Assembly: GCA_964349885.1 (NCBI GenBank) | Contig: CAYGIQ010000002.1 | Span: 1 to 45,252 of the forward strand | Source: an uncultured Prolixibacteraceae bacterium | Lineage (GTDB): Bacteria > Bacteroidota > Bacteroidia > Bacteroidales > Prolixibacteraceae | DNA length: 45,252 bases | Direction: 5' to 3' | Shown here: piece after piece, positions 29,361 through 38,996 of the stretch | Numbering within the stretch: position 1 is the first letter of the stretch | Layout of the letters: each line of letters starts with the position of its first letter | Program-made: the position numbers and the translations under genes | Notes under the pieces: generated by a model | The model's database searches: none | What the model was told of the DNA's origin: nothing | Seen by the model: only the letters and a program-made list of their open reading frames with translations

Positions 29361-30374
29361 CTATTGCATCAAGAAGCGATCGATCCGATTGCGGACATTT
29401 TTTCGGATGTTCATCCAGAATAGATTGATGTCGTAGGTATGATAATCCCGCAGGGGCTCCCGGCGTTCTTCGAGCAGTGCGTCGGTTTCAACCCACACTA
29501 TTCCTGCTTCTGATTCAATTTCGGCCACAACGGAATTCGGCAGCAGGCTGTCGAACCCCATCATGATGCCGTTATGCTCATTTGGAAGCGATGCAGTGGT
29601 TTCGGTGGTCCAGGTAATTGGGTTTACAACCCACCCGTAGCTTTTTACCTCCGAGGCTCTTCGGGGATATTCTCCTTTGGCATAGGTTCTCCATCCAGCC
29701 ACACAGGTTGTCTGATCGGGAGTTTCGCATACTGGAATCTGGACGAAAGCGGCAACCTCGATGGGATAGCCAACCACATAGGCGACAACCAAACGATTGG
29801 AGAGCGATGTTCCATCGAAAAACTCCTGCAACAACCTGATGGCGTGCAAACTGCCTTGACTGTGCGAGGCAATAACGATAGGCCGTTCGTGGTTCTCGAA
29901 GTGCAGAAAATGGAGAAATGCTTCTCGAACATCGCGGTAAGCTAGGTCAAAAGCATTGTCGGCTTCGGGGGTGCCCATAGCGTAAAACGTCTTCATTCCT
30001 GCCTGCCGATAGCGAGGTGCAAATATCCGGCAACTGAAGTTAAACGCAGTTGTCTGAAAAAGAATTGAGCGAAAATCGGTGGTTTGGTTCACTTCTCCGT
30101 CTTCCAAATTGGCGTTCCAAGCCCCATCCTCATCGGGAAAATAGCTCGTGGGATGAATAAAAAATAGGTCGGCATCGAGGTGTCGCTCTGCTGCCATACA
30201 AAACCCCGGAATAGAGTCGCTCGTATCGTGCTTTTGGGGATGTGCCGACCAGAATCTTAGTTGGCTGTAATCGGGTTCTTGATATCCAGCCTTTGAATAA
30301 ACCGACAATGTTGCCGAAGAAAGGTTTCCCGACATCAATAAAATAATCCAAAAAAACAGCTGTAGCTTAAGCAT
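29361..30374 (-). CDS. DUF3089 alpha/beta-hydrolase (lipase/esterase-like)
   Basis: DLFFIHPT, IFAPRYRQA, LAYRDV, ASHSQGSLH nucleophile elbow, VNPITW, YHTYDINLFW; start ATG 30374 gives a signal peptide and removes overlap with GH92. Confidence 0.85.
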   Translation of the reverse strand: MLKLQLFFWIILLMSGNLSSATLSVYSKAGYQEPDYSQLRFWSAHPQKHDTSDSIPGFCMAAERHLDADLFFIHPTSYFPDEDGAWNANLEDGEVNQTTDFRSILFQTTAFNFSCRIFAPRYRQAGMKTFYAMGTPEADNAFDLAYRDVREAFLHFLHFENHERPIVIASHSQGSLHAIRLLQEFFDGTSLSNRLVVAYVVGYPIEVAAFVQIPVCETPDQTTCVAGWRTYAKGEYPRRASEVKSYGWVVNPITWTTETTASLPNEHNGIMMGFDSLLPNSVVAEIESEAGIVWVETDALLEERREPLRDYHTYDINLFWMNIRKNVRNRIDRFLMQ

Positions 30375-30394
30375 GGTTATTACAAATAAACAAT

Positions 30395-32785
30395 TTACCG
30401 GATATCTTTCAGTGGGGTAAGCGATGGAGGTACATCTTCGGGGCGGCTTCCCCATTCCGGATTAGGATGCTGTCCCATTTCGAACGACAGAACCCCTCCT
30501 GCCATAATTTCTGCATGGGAAATCCAGGTTCGCGTAATTGGATCTCCATTCAGGCTGGCCGATTGAATGTACCGGTTTTCGGCAGCATTGTTGCGTGCCT
30601 CTATGGTAAATGTTTTTCCATCGTTGTGGCGAATCACAGCCTTGCCAAAAAGTGGACTACCGATGGTATAGATAGGATCTCCCGGAGCTACCGGATATAT
30701 CCCCATCGCACTTAAGACATACCACGATGAGAGCGAACCCATATCTTCATTCCCCGCTAAGCCACCCGGGCCGGTACGGTATAACTCCTCCATTACGCTT
30801 CGGGTCCAGTATTGGGTTTTCCATGGTTGCATAGCATAATTGTAGAGATAGGCTACATGATGCGATGGTTGATTTCCATGCACATACTGGCCAAATGTAC
30901 CCACTACGCCAACATATTTAGGAGGTGTTATGTTGGGCGACATGGTAAAGAAAGTGTCGAGTTTCTCGACAAAGGCCTGTGGGCTGCCAAACAGGTTGAT
31001 AAGCCCCTGCACGTCGTGTTGCACCGACCAGTTGTATTGCCATGCATTCGATTCGGTATAGTATCGGTTGGGGCGACGGCCTACAAGCAGGGGGTCAAAA
31101 AAGCGGTAATAAAAATGGCGACCCTCCTGCACTATTTCCTGCTCGCGACCATTCAATGCTTCGAGCCAACTACCATCAGCCTTACGAGGTCTAAAGAAAC
31201 GTGTCTCCTCATCCCACAAATGAATATAGTTCAATGCCCGCTGCATAAACAGCTCGACATCGGCCTCTTTTTCGAGTTCTCGGGCAAAAAGGGCTATGCA
31301 CCAATCGTCGTAGGCAAGCTCAAGCGTATTGGGAACCGACTCGGTGACCTTGTCGACAGGGGTATAGCCCAAAGCCTTATAATAATCGAGGCCCGACCGC
31401 CCTGCATGTGCAGGTACAGGTGGAGCAGGGTTTTCCAATGCTTTGGTACGCATAGCTTGGTACAAAAATTCGGCATCCCAGTCACGGTAACCCTTTTTAT
31501 AGGCATCAACGATGATGGGAATCAGGTGATCGCCCACCATTGATTCCCCAAAAACATTCAGAAAATGCTGAGCTGGCAACCATCCGTACGATCGTGTTTT
31601 CGATTCGATCGATCGTATAAAATCGTTTACATGGTCGGGGGCAACCAAGGTAAGCAACGGGTGCTGCGACCGATAAGTATCCCAGGCCGAAAAGGAACCA
31701 TAGTAGTTGTATCCACTGGCCGTATGGATCTCTTTATCGGGACCCCGGTAGCGGCCGTCTACATCCTGTGAGATATACTGTGCCAAAAGCGATCGATAGA
31801 GTGCCGTGTAGAAGATAACCTGTTGATCGTGGGTAGCCCCATCAATTTGAACCCTACTAAGCTCACTGCTCCAAATAGCTCTGGCATCGTGATGAACCTT
31901 GTCAAAATCCCAATGGGGTATCTCCTCATCCATATTTCGGCGGGCGCCCTCCACGTCGACGTATGAGAGGGCAACTTTAACCATAATCTGCTCATTTTCT
32001 TCGGTCGAAAAGGTCAGGAATGCTCCTATGTTATGTCCATCCTCACCATTTTTGTAGGGCCAAATGCTGCCTCCCGACTCGGGAGTGGTATAGTCGTTGT
32101 CGAAGGTACCGTAATAGTGGAATGGCTTGTTAAAACGGGCTACAAAATAGACTGCACCCTCTCCATTGTATTTTACCCCTTCAATGGTTTGGTTGTCAAC
32201 AATGGTAAGCTGCGATAATTTTGTGGCGCTGTTTTCACCAATCTCATGACCAACATCCAAAATGATTCGGGCATAGGGATCGGCCGGAAAAGTATAACGA
32301 TGAAAACCCACCCTTCGGGTTGTGGTTAATTCGACCTTTACTCCATAATCCTTCAACAAAACCGAATAGTATCCCGGAGAAGCACTCTCCTCTGCATGAT
32401 CGAACCGGGAGCGGTAACCACTATCGGGGTTTTCACGGGTGCCGGGAACTGTTTGCAGTTTGTATCCCGTAGTAGGCATCAGCAGAATCTCTCCTCCATT
32501 CACCATCCCTACGCCGCTCCAATGCGTATGGCTAAATCCCATAATGGAGTTGTCGGTATACACATAGCCGGCAGCATAGGTCCAGCCCCGGGTATACATA
32601 TCGGGGCTCAAATGAACCAATGCATAAGGGAGAGATGGGCCGGGAAAGGTATGTCCGAAGAAATCGGTGCCAATAAATGGATCCACCAGATCGACCGGAT
32701 TGGACTTTTCGGAGGGTTCACAGGCGACCATTGCCAGCAGGAGCGACAGGCCCATCAACCTTAAAAGATAACGAAAATTGGTCAT
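30395..32785 (-). CDS. GH92 alpha-mannosidase-family lipoprotein
   Basis: 796 aa; lipobox AMVA-C; VDPFIGT, GFSHTHWSGVG, SAWDTYR, TLELAYDDW, YTESNAWQY, HGNQPSHH, GNEDMGSLSSWY. Confidence 0.93.
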   Translation of the reverse strand: MTNFRYLLRLMGLSLLLAMVACEPSEKSNPVDLVDPFIGTDFFGHTFPGPSLPYALVHLSPDMYTRGWTYAAGYVYTDNSIMGFSHTHWSGVGMVNGGEILLMPTTGYKLQTVPGTRENPDSGYRSRFDHAEESASPGYYSVLLKDYGVKVELTTTRRVGFHRYTFPADPYARIILDVGHEIGENSATKLSQLTIVDNQTIEGVKYNGEGAVYFVARFNKPFHYYGTFDNDYTTPESGGSIWPYKNGEDGHNIGAFLTFSTEENEQIMVKVALSYVDVEGARRNMDEEIPHWDFDKVHHDARAIWSSELSRVQIDGATHDQQVIFYTALYRSLLAQYISQDVDGRYRGPDKEIHTASGYNYYGSFSAWDTYRSQHPLLTLVAPDHVNDFIRSIESKTRSYGWLPAQHFLNVFGESMVGDHLIPIIVDAYKKGYRDWDAEFLYQAMRTKALENPAPPVPAHAGRSGLDYYKALGYTPVDKVTESVPNTLELAYDDWCIALFARELEKEADVELFMQRALNYIHLWDEETRFFRPRKADGSWLEALNGREQEIVQEGRHFYYRFFDPLLVGRRPNRYYTESNAWQYNWSVQHDVQGLINLFGSPQAFVEKLDTFFTMSPNITPPKYVGVVGTFGQYVHGNQPSHHVAYLYNYAMQPWKTQYWTRSVMEELYRTGPGGLAGNEDMGSLSSWYVLSAMGIYPVAPGDPIYTIGSPLFGKAVIRHNDGKTFTIEARNNAAENRYIQSASLNGDPITRTWISHAEIMAGGVLSFEMGQHPNPEWGSRPEDVPPSLTPLKDIR

Positions 32786-32864
32786 ATCAATCTGATTTGG
32801 ATTAGAACATGCTTCTAAAATACGAAAAGTAGGTTAACCTCTAAGGCCGCATATACGATATCCT

Positions 32865-34667
32865 TTATTTGCGAAGCGTAAATTGGTCAACTACATTGTT
32901 TCCCATATTGATGGCACTATATCGAAGCATATTCCCCTCGATTTGGATATGCAGGTATTGGTGCCCCTTTGAGTCGCGCATTGCGGCATAAGCTTCTTGC
33001 CCTATATCCCTGTCGCGCGCTGGTTGCGCAACCGAAATAACATACACAGTTCCCTCTCCCGGGGTGGTAGCTACTTCCCCTCCTTTCATAGGATGGGAGC
33101 GCATGTAGTAGTGGATGTGTCCGCTCAGCACCAGATCCACCTGATACTTATCGAAAAGGGGAATCCATTCGCGCTGAATGTTGTAGTAAGGGGAATTAAA
33201 ATTATAGGGAGGGAAATGGGTGACCACAATTTTCCAATCCGCATCGGTATTAGAAAGCTGATTCTCAATCCAGTCGTTTTGAGCTTTGAGCGGCGAGGTG
33301 GCATCAAGCATCAGAAACAGAGCATTTTTGTACCTGAACGAATAGGTTTGCTCTGCAGGAACACCCTCTGGCCCATTTTTAGGATAGCTAAACATCTCCT
33401 GAAACATCCATGCTCCCAATCCGGCTCTGTTGTCGTGGTTGCCGGGAACTGCCATCATGGGAATGCCATGGTTGATAAATCCGGTATAGGCAAACAGATC
33501 ATCCCAATGGTTGCGGTAAAGGCCATCGTTGACCTGATCGCCCGAAATTATCTGAAAAGCTGCTTCCGGATGATTGTCAATGGCCAGTTTAACCAGCTCC
33601 CCATAAAAGGAAGAGTTATGTACATCTGAAAATGCTATAAACGAGAAGTTGTTGTCGCTGTCAGCCGTTGCAAATGTATGTGCAAGGCTCCAATCGTCAG
33701 AAGGAGATATCAGGTACTCATAGGTGGTTCCCGGCTCCAAGCCTTTGAGTGCAGCCGTGTGTCTTTTAATATAACGGTCATTCATCAGCAATCGGTCTTC
33801 CATAAGGAAGGACGTTGCGTCGGCCGAAAACGTGTTTTCTGTCCCCTTCTTTCTGTACCAGATCTTACCATCAATGCTTTCTGCGTTGGTTCGAAACTGA
33901 ATATCCACTGTAGTCGAAGGATTGTCACTCCAGGTCAGCAGAACCTGATCGGGAACCTCAGACGAGGGAGTATTGGTGGTTCGGAAAGCGTTGATCAGGT
34001 GCGATTCAACGCCGCGGCCTCTGGTGGTGGTCAAGAGCAGGGCGCCTTCCAATTCAGCAGGCACATCGAGCAGCACCAGCTCCGTCCAGTCGTGGTAGGT
34101 AAATGCCCCATTTCGCAGTTCACCAACAAACTGACGCTCAGGGAAGAAATTCGACAAAACGAGGTTTTCATTTGGATTTACCGCAGATACCGCCACAAAA
34201 TAGTGCAGGCCGTAGTTCTCAAATCCGTTGACACCCAAACCAATACGACCCTTTTCAAATTGTTTCTGCCACACTTCGTAGGTGGTTTGTTCGTTCGAAA
34301 TGGTTTTATCAATTTTTTCAAAACCCCCAGGAATCAGCCAAAAAGGAAGATCTTGCTGTTTGTTGCTGCGCATTACCGATACAACCACCGGGACATTGGC
34401 ATCGAACATCCAGTGGGTTGTCGAAAGTGACTTTTGCTCTTGGTCAGTAAAAAGAGAGAAAAGCTTCTCGTTGCTTAATTGCTTAATTGCTTCCTCATCG
34501 GCCTGTGCATAAAGTTGGGTTACCACCCTGTCTATAACACTTTTTACATTTCCGGTAGGCGCCGTCTGTGGGGTGCAGGCCAGTAAGAGAGAGAGGCCTA
34601 TGGCAAGACCCATCAACCGACTGTGGGTTATAAACTTTTTTAGATGCATAGCATTGTATAATTTCAT
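32865..34667 (-). CDS. Purple-acid-phosphatase-like metallophosphoesterase lipoprotein with extra N-terminal domain
   Basis: 600 aa; lipobox LLLA-C; FN3-like PDQVLLTW...LEPGTTYEY; SDVH, SGDQV, PGNHD, THFPPY, SGHIH. Confidence 0.87.
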   Translation of the reverse strand: MKLYNAMHLKKFITHSRLMGLAIGLSLLLACTPQTAPTGNVKSVIDRVVTQLYAQADEEAIKQLSNEKLFSLFTDQEQKSLSTTHWMFDANVPVVVSVMRSNKQQDLPFWLIPGGFEKIDKTISNEQTTYEVWQKQFEKGRIGLGVNGFENYGLHYFVAVSAVNPNENLVLSNFFPERQFVGELRNGAFTYHDWTELVLLDVPAELEGALLLTTTRGRGVESHLINAFRTTNTPSSEVPDQVLLTWSDNPSTTVDIQFRTNAESIDGKIWYRKKGTENTFSADATSFLMEDRLLMNDRYIKRHTAALKGLEPGTTYEYLISPSDDWSLAHTFATADSDNNFSFIAFSDVHNSSFYGELVKLAIDNHPEAAFQIISGDQVNDGLYRNHWDDLFAYTGFINHGIPMMAVPGNHDNRAGLGAWMFQEMFSYPKNGPEGVPAEQTYSFRYKNALFLMLDATSPLKAQNDWIENQLSNTDADWKIVVTHFPPYNFNSPYYNIQREWIPLFDKYQVDLVLSGHIHYYMRSHPMKGGEVATTPGEGTVYVISVAQPARDRDIGQEAYAAMRDSKGHQYLHIQIEGNMLRYSAINMGNNVVDQFTLRK

Positions 34668-34685
34668 AGGTTGCTTAAGATTTCA

Positions 34686-37016
34686 TTAAAACCATTCGGG
34701 GCGCGGCGGTCCAGCAAACGGGGCAGCTCCTTTGTTAACACCGGGAACTCTTTCGACCGAAATAAGCGATGGCTCCTGGGTTTCGGGGGCGGCAATAAAG
34801 CCATAGTAGCGTCCCATCCAATAGTCGTGGATAAACCGAACCGGCTCTAAAATACGCAATCCTGAGTGACCGCCATCCAGCCGCTGAACATTGTAACTAC
34901 CTCTTTCAGTGGCAATCTCTCTTGCCGACAGGGCCTTCCGGCCTCCTTCGTATGATATATATCCAGCTTCGATATGGAGATCGTCTCGATGCGAATTGGA
35001 GAAAATTCTCGATTCCGGAATCAGATGCCACTCGCGCAGGCGCTGCACAGCTATATCTTCTTCGCTATCGTTGCCCGTAAGTGCGCCATACGAGAAGTTA
35101 AACCAAGCAATTTTCTGCATCCGTTTCACCTCCCAGGTTCTTTCCAGACTTCTCAGATAAATCGATCTCAGTTTGGGATCTTTTTCATAGCGCAACAGGG
35201 TGTTGTAACTCTCAAAAGCAAGGTCGTCGTCCCAGGGAGCGATGTTTTCGGGAGGAAATACATTTTTCTGACGCAGGGTGTTGAAGTGGTATCCCCACGA
35301 AAGAAGTTGCTGATAGCCCTCCTTAAATTTTGGGTTACCTGTAAGTGTGTAGGCCGATTGCATAAACGACAGTGCTTCCAATCCATTCAGGCCCTTGTCC
35401 ATGAAACCATAAGGCCGCAGCAGATAATCGGGATCCCACCTACCCCATCGGGTGGGTTTGCCATCCATATCGTGCAAGGTCCAGCCACTATCTATAATAT
35501 AGGATGCAATGCTTGCTAAATGCTGTTTGGCAATCTCCTTCTCCTCTTCCCGGGCTACCAGATCGTGAAACAGCGTAATTCCATAAAAGTGGGCCGTAAC
35601 CTCATCGCTCGAAGTATCTCCTTTCCAAAACCACAAACTGTCTGCAGACGGATACCATTTGGCAGGCAGTCCGCCCGACCCATGGATAGACCTGTTGTGT
35701 TTATCTGCAGTGGCCGACCAAATAGCTCTGGCAAAAAATCCTTCAATCGGCGCAATACGCTCAAGCCAGATGAGTGCTTTGAAAGCCTCCAAAGCCTCTT
35801 CCCTGGCCTTCGGATCTCCGGTAACAGCATATTTGTATGACATTGCCGCAAGGTAAGGTGCCGTATGTCCCCCGTCGTTGTCGCTGATTTCGCGAATCCA
35901 TTCTCCATTTTGGTTAAGTAAAGAGTGGATGAATCCATGGCGCTTGTGGCCCCATTCATCGAGATGTCTTTCGAAATGATCGGCCTTTTTAGACAGGGTG
36001 AAAGGCTCATAGCGAATGATGCCAATACCTTTATCGGTGGCAATGTATACCACGTGATCGCCTGCTGCAATCTGGTTTACCCGATTCCCCGGAAGCCACA
36101 AATCTGCGCCAAAATAATGGAACTCACCTCCAACCATACGGACAGCTCCCCGTTGTGTGCCAATCCAAAGGTCATTGTCAAATCCCGATGCGAGACAAGT
36201 TATATCCTCAACCGGCAGGCCATCCTTTCCCTGCAGGGTAGTAAGGGAGGCGCCACGCAACACAGAAAGGCCACGGCTGGTTCCAATAAACAAACGGCTA
36301 CCCAACGACTGCAAGTCGGTGAGCCGAGAAGACAAAAAGGTTCCCCAATCAATAAAATCTTCGTTGACCATGAGGCCATCGAAAAGCACCAGTTTTCCGG
36401 GACGTAGCGCATAGAGCGTTCCGCTATACGAGGCAATCCGTTCGATTGGGCCAAGTTTAACTGGCGTTACGTGAATCTGAGTTCCATCTTCCATCGCCAT
36501 AGTGAGGTTGCTGGAATAATAACCCGATTCGGGCTTGGTCGTCACAAAGCGATTGTCCTGAAGCTTGTATATATCATCGATGGTGGCAGCATGCACCACT
36601 CCGAGGTGGGTACATAGGTCAACAAACTGTTTGTCATCAATTTTCTCCCAACTACGAGCCCCCAGACGATACAAGCCATATTTGGTCAATGCCCAAACCA
36701 TACCTCCTTCACGCTGAAGTTCAACTACTTCCGACGGCGCACTAAGGTCCCTTTCGAGTTTTCCACCTTTTAGTCGGTATACAGCCCCACCGGTGAGCAC
36801 CAATGGGATTTCTCCATTCTCAACTATCGATACTACCTCTTGGTCCGTAGGAATAATGGTAGACATCTCCTGTAAATAGACATGGTCTGATTGAGATTTC
36901 CTTTGCTGCCCATTGAGCGCAGGTGAAAACCACAAACCTAACAACAATGCTGCAAGGGTTATTGAGATTTTTAAGGAACCATTTTTCATAGAATCAAATT
37001 TTAAGAAGCTTTTCAT
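34686..37016 (-). CDS. Uncharacterised exported protein (probable beta-propeller N-terminus plus helical-barrel C-terminus), paralog 3 of 4
   Basis: Propeller-type repeats (LFIGTSRGL, LWIGTQRGA, VYIATDKGI); SDNDG, GFFARA, WKGDTSSDE, DGKPTRWG, YWMGRYYG shared with neighbours. Start 37016 or 36989. Confidence 0.7.
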   Translation of the reverse strand: MKSFLKFDSMKNGSLKISITLAALLLGLWFSPALNGQQRKSQSDHVYLQEMSTIIPTDQEVVSIVENGEIPLVLTGGAVYRLKGGKLERDLSAPSEVVELQREGGMVWALTKYGLYRLGARSWEKIDDKQFVDLCTHLGVVHAATIDDIYKLQDNRFVTTKPESGYYSSNLTMAMEDGTQIHVTPVKLGPIERIASYSGTLYALRPGKLVLFDGLMVNEDFIDWGTFLSSRLTDLQSLGSRLFIGTSRGLSVLRGASLTTLQGKDGLPVEDITCLASGFDNDLWIGTQRGAVRMVGGEFHYFGADLWLPGNRVNQIAAGDHVVYIATDKGIGIIRYEPFTLSKKADHFERHLDEWGHKRHGFIHSLLNQNGEWIREISDNDGGHTAPYLAAMSYKYAVTGDPKAREEALEAFKALIWLERIAPIEGFFARAIWSATADKHNRSIHGSGGLPAKWYPSADSLWFWKGDTSSDEVTAHFYGITLFHDLVAREEEKEIAKQHLASIASYIIDSGWTLHDMDGKPTRWGRWDPDYLLRPYGFMDKGLNGLEALSFMQSAYTLTGNPKFKEGYQQLLSWGYHFNTLRQKNVFPPENIAPWDDDLAFESYNTLLRYEKDPKLRSIYLRSLERTWEVKRMQKIAWFNFSYGALTGNDSEEDIAVQRLREWHLIPESRIFSNSHRDDLHIEAGYISYEGGRKALSAREIATERGSYNVQRLDGGHSGLRILEPVRFIHDYWMGRYYGFIAAPETQEPSLISVERVPGVNKGAAPFAGPPRPEWF

Positions 37017-37026
37017 CAACTATGCT

Positions 37027-37788
37027 CTACCTGTCGGAAGGAACATCGGGAATATCCTGTACACATCTAAATCCAACAAAATACCGACTAATCTCAACAG
37101 GATGTAGGTAATACCGCTGGGTAGTACGGAAAAAAGACCAGTTGTTAAAATTGGATCCCCCGCGCATAACCTTATAGGTTTCGCCATACTGTTGCATGGG
37201 ATACCCATTTCCTGGATAGGGTTGATACCAGTCGGATGTCCACTCCCAAACGCTGCCGGCCATATCAAATGCCCCATAAGGACTTGCAGGCTTGGCGATT
37301 GAACCACCCCGGGAAGTCCGCTGATCCCAAACCACAAAGGATTCGTCGAAAGTATCTCCCCATGGGAACATCCTGCCGTCGATTCCCCGGGCTGCCTTTT
37401 CCCACTCCTTTTCGGTAGGCAATCTCTTCCCTACCCACTTACAGTATTCGTCGGCCTGATGCCAGTTTACAATCGCCGACCGCTCTTCTCGCCCCTCGGG
37501 CAGAGTAAAACTGGGGTCGAATTGACTGAATGCCCCGAAGCTCACCTCATATTGGTCAATGAAGTATGCCCCGGTGGTGGCCATATGTTTTGGACGTTCG
37601 TCTGGATCGCCCACTTCGCAGCCCATAATAAAACTTCCGGCAGGAACATAGACCATTCCCGATGGGGGAATTGGAAGTTTAACCTCCTGTGCAAAGGGAA
37701 AGAGGGATAAGGCCATGAGGCATGTCGTTATCCAAATTTTTGCATAAGAGTTATCGCCTTTAGGTCCGAATTTTTTCTTTTTTACCAT
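37027..37788 (-). CDS. FGE-sulfatase (SUMF1/EgtB/PvdO) fold protein
   Basis: MVYVPAGSFIMG, IDQYEVS, KRLPTEKEWEKAARG, FPWG, DMAGSVWEW, RGGS, VGFRC; start uncertain (see finding at 37737). Confidence 0.88.
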   Translation of the reverse strand: MVKKKKFGPKGDNSYAKIWITTCLMALSLFPFAQEVKLPIPPSGMVYVPAGSFIMGCEVGDPDERPKHMATTGAYFIDQYEVSFGAFSQFDPSFTLPEGREERSAIVNWHQADEYCKWVGKRLPTEKEWEKAARGIDGRMFPWGDTFDESFVVWDQRTSRGGSIAKPASPYGAFDMAGSVWEWTSDWYQPYPGNGYPMQQYGETYKVMRGGSNFNNWSFFRTTQRYYLHPVEISRYFVGFRCVQDIPDVPSDR

Positions 37789-38996
37789 TTTGGGTCTATT
37801 ATTCCATAATACCTACCAAACCAATAGTTGCGAATCATAGCAGCTGCCATACCTTCCTCTTCCGAAACCACCTCTGCGATGGTCCCGTCTTCCTGTGGTA
37901 TTTTAAAAACCTTCGTTTGCCGATCGAATCCCCACATATCTTTCATTACCTGACGGTGATGATCGGTAATTGCATCTTCGCGGGTTAACACCTGGTAAAC
38001 CATAACCATCCAAATGCTGCTCTCCCATGAATAGTCCATATCGCGCCATTGCACCCAGTGACGGTTAAGGTTCATTCGGTATTTATTAAGTAAGTCGGGA
38101 TCCTTTTCGTAACGCATAATCATATACAGCGCTCTTACCGCATGATAATCATCGCCAATATTTCGCCACTCCTCGGGAAAAAGCACCTTCGATTTTAACT
38201 GATGGTCGTCGTAATTATACCGGTCGATCAACATTCGGTAGGCAGCATGGTAACGCTCGTTGCCTGTAAGTGCGTGGGTTACCTTTAAGCCCATAAGCAT
38301 GAGCAACGAGTTGAGGGGCTGATGGGGTAAGTCGGGACAAAGATTTCCCCAGAGGGTCATTTTTCCGTCGGGATCAACAATTTTGAAATTGTGGTCAACT
38401 ATGCGGCCAACAAACCTGTCGAGCAAATCAGCAGCCTGTTGTCGGTGGTGTTCATCGGCGCACAATTCATAGTAAGTACCCACGCCATAAAGGACTGAGG
38501 TAAATTTATCGACGCTCAAATCTCCAAGCCACCTATAGCCGGGCATTGAAGTACTTTGGTGCCATTCGTGGTACCAGAGCACCTTCTCGTGCCACAATGG
38601 CTTGTCGGTCTGATTGAAACTACGGGCTATCAACCCCGGGATTCCCGTTACCTGCTCAAGTTTCAGGATTGCACCGAAAATCTGATTGGCGATCTCACGA
38701 TCGGCCGGATCTCCTGTAAGAGCATACTTATGGGAATAGGCAGCCAGCATTTCTGAAGTTGGATCTAGACAGTCGGCCTGTGCTCCAACAATAGGCCGAT
38801 CCAAACCGGCAGGGGGGAAAATAACATGCTGCATAATGGCCCCTTCGTTCCAGTGGTTCCCAAGCATCAATTTATCGAACATATCAACTTTTACATGCAG
38901 TGGATCAGTTCGCTTGGGAAAGTCGTTAACGGTTTGTGCTTGCAGAACGACAGCAGATAACAAGAACGACAGCAGATAGAGCGTTTTTTTTGCCAT
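37782..38996 (-). CDS. Uncharacterised exported protein, stand-alone C-terminal domain of the paralog family (paralog 4 of 4)
   Basis: 404 aa; signal peptide; GLIARS, WLGDLSVDK, DPDGKMTLWG, LNSL, YWFGRYYGII; start overlaps the upstream stop (TAATG at 38998-38994). Confidence 0.7.
   Translation of the reverse strand: MAKKTLYLLSFLLSAVVLQAQTVNDFPKRTDPLHVKVDMFDKLMLGNHWNEGAIMQHVIFPPAGLDRPIVGAQADCLDPTSEMLAAYSHKYALTGDPADREIANQIFGAILKLEQVTGIPGLIARSFNQTDKPLWHEKVLWYHEWHQSTSMPGYRWLGDLSVDKFTSVLYGVGTYYELCADEHHRQQAADLLDRFVGRIVDHNFKIVDPDGKMTLWGNLCPDLPHQPLNSLLMLMGLKVTHALTGNERYHAAYRMLIDRYNYDDHQLKSKVLFPEEWRNIGDDYHAVRALYMIMRYEKDPDLLNKYRMNLNRHWVQWRDMDYSWESSIWMVMVYQVLTREDAITDHHRQVMKDMWGFDRQTKVFKIPQEDGTIAEVVSEEEGMAAAMIRNYWFGRYYGIIDPKW

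Noticed and set aside
37027..37788. Sulfatase-maturation system or diversity-generating retroelement target
   Set aside because: Catalytic cysteines and sulfatases are absent; no reverse transcriptase or template repeat seen in the window.
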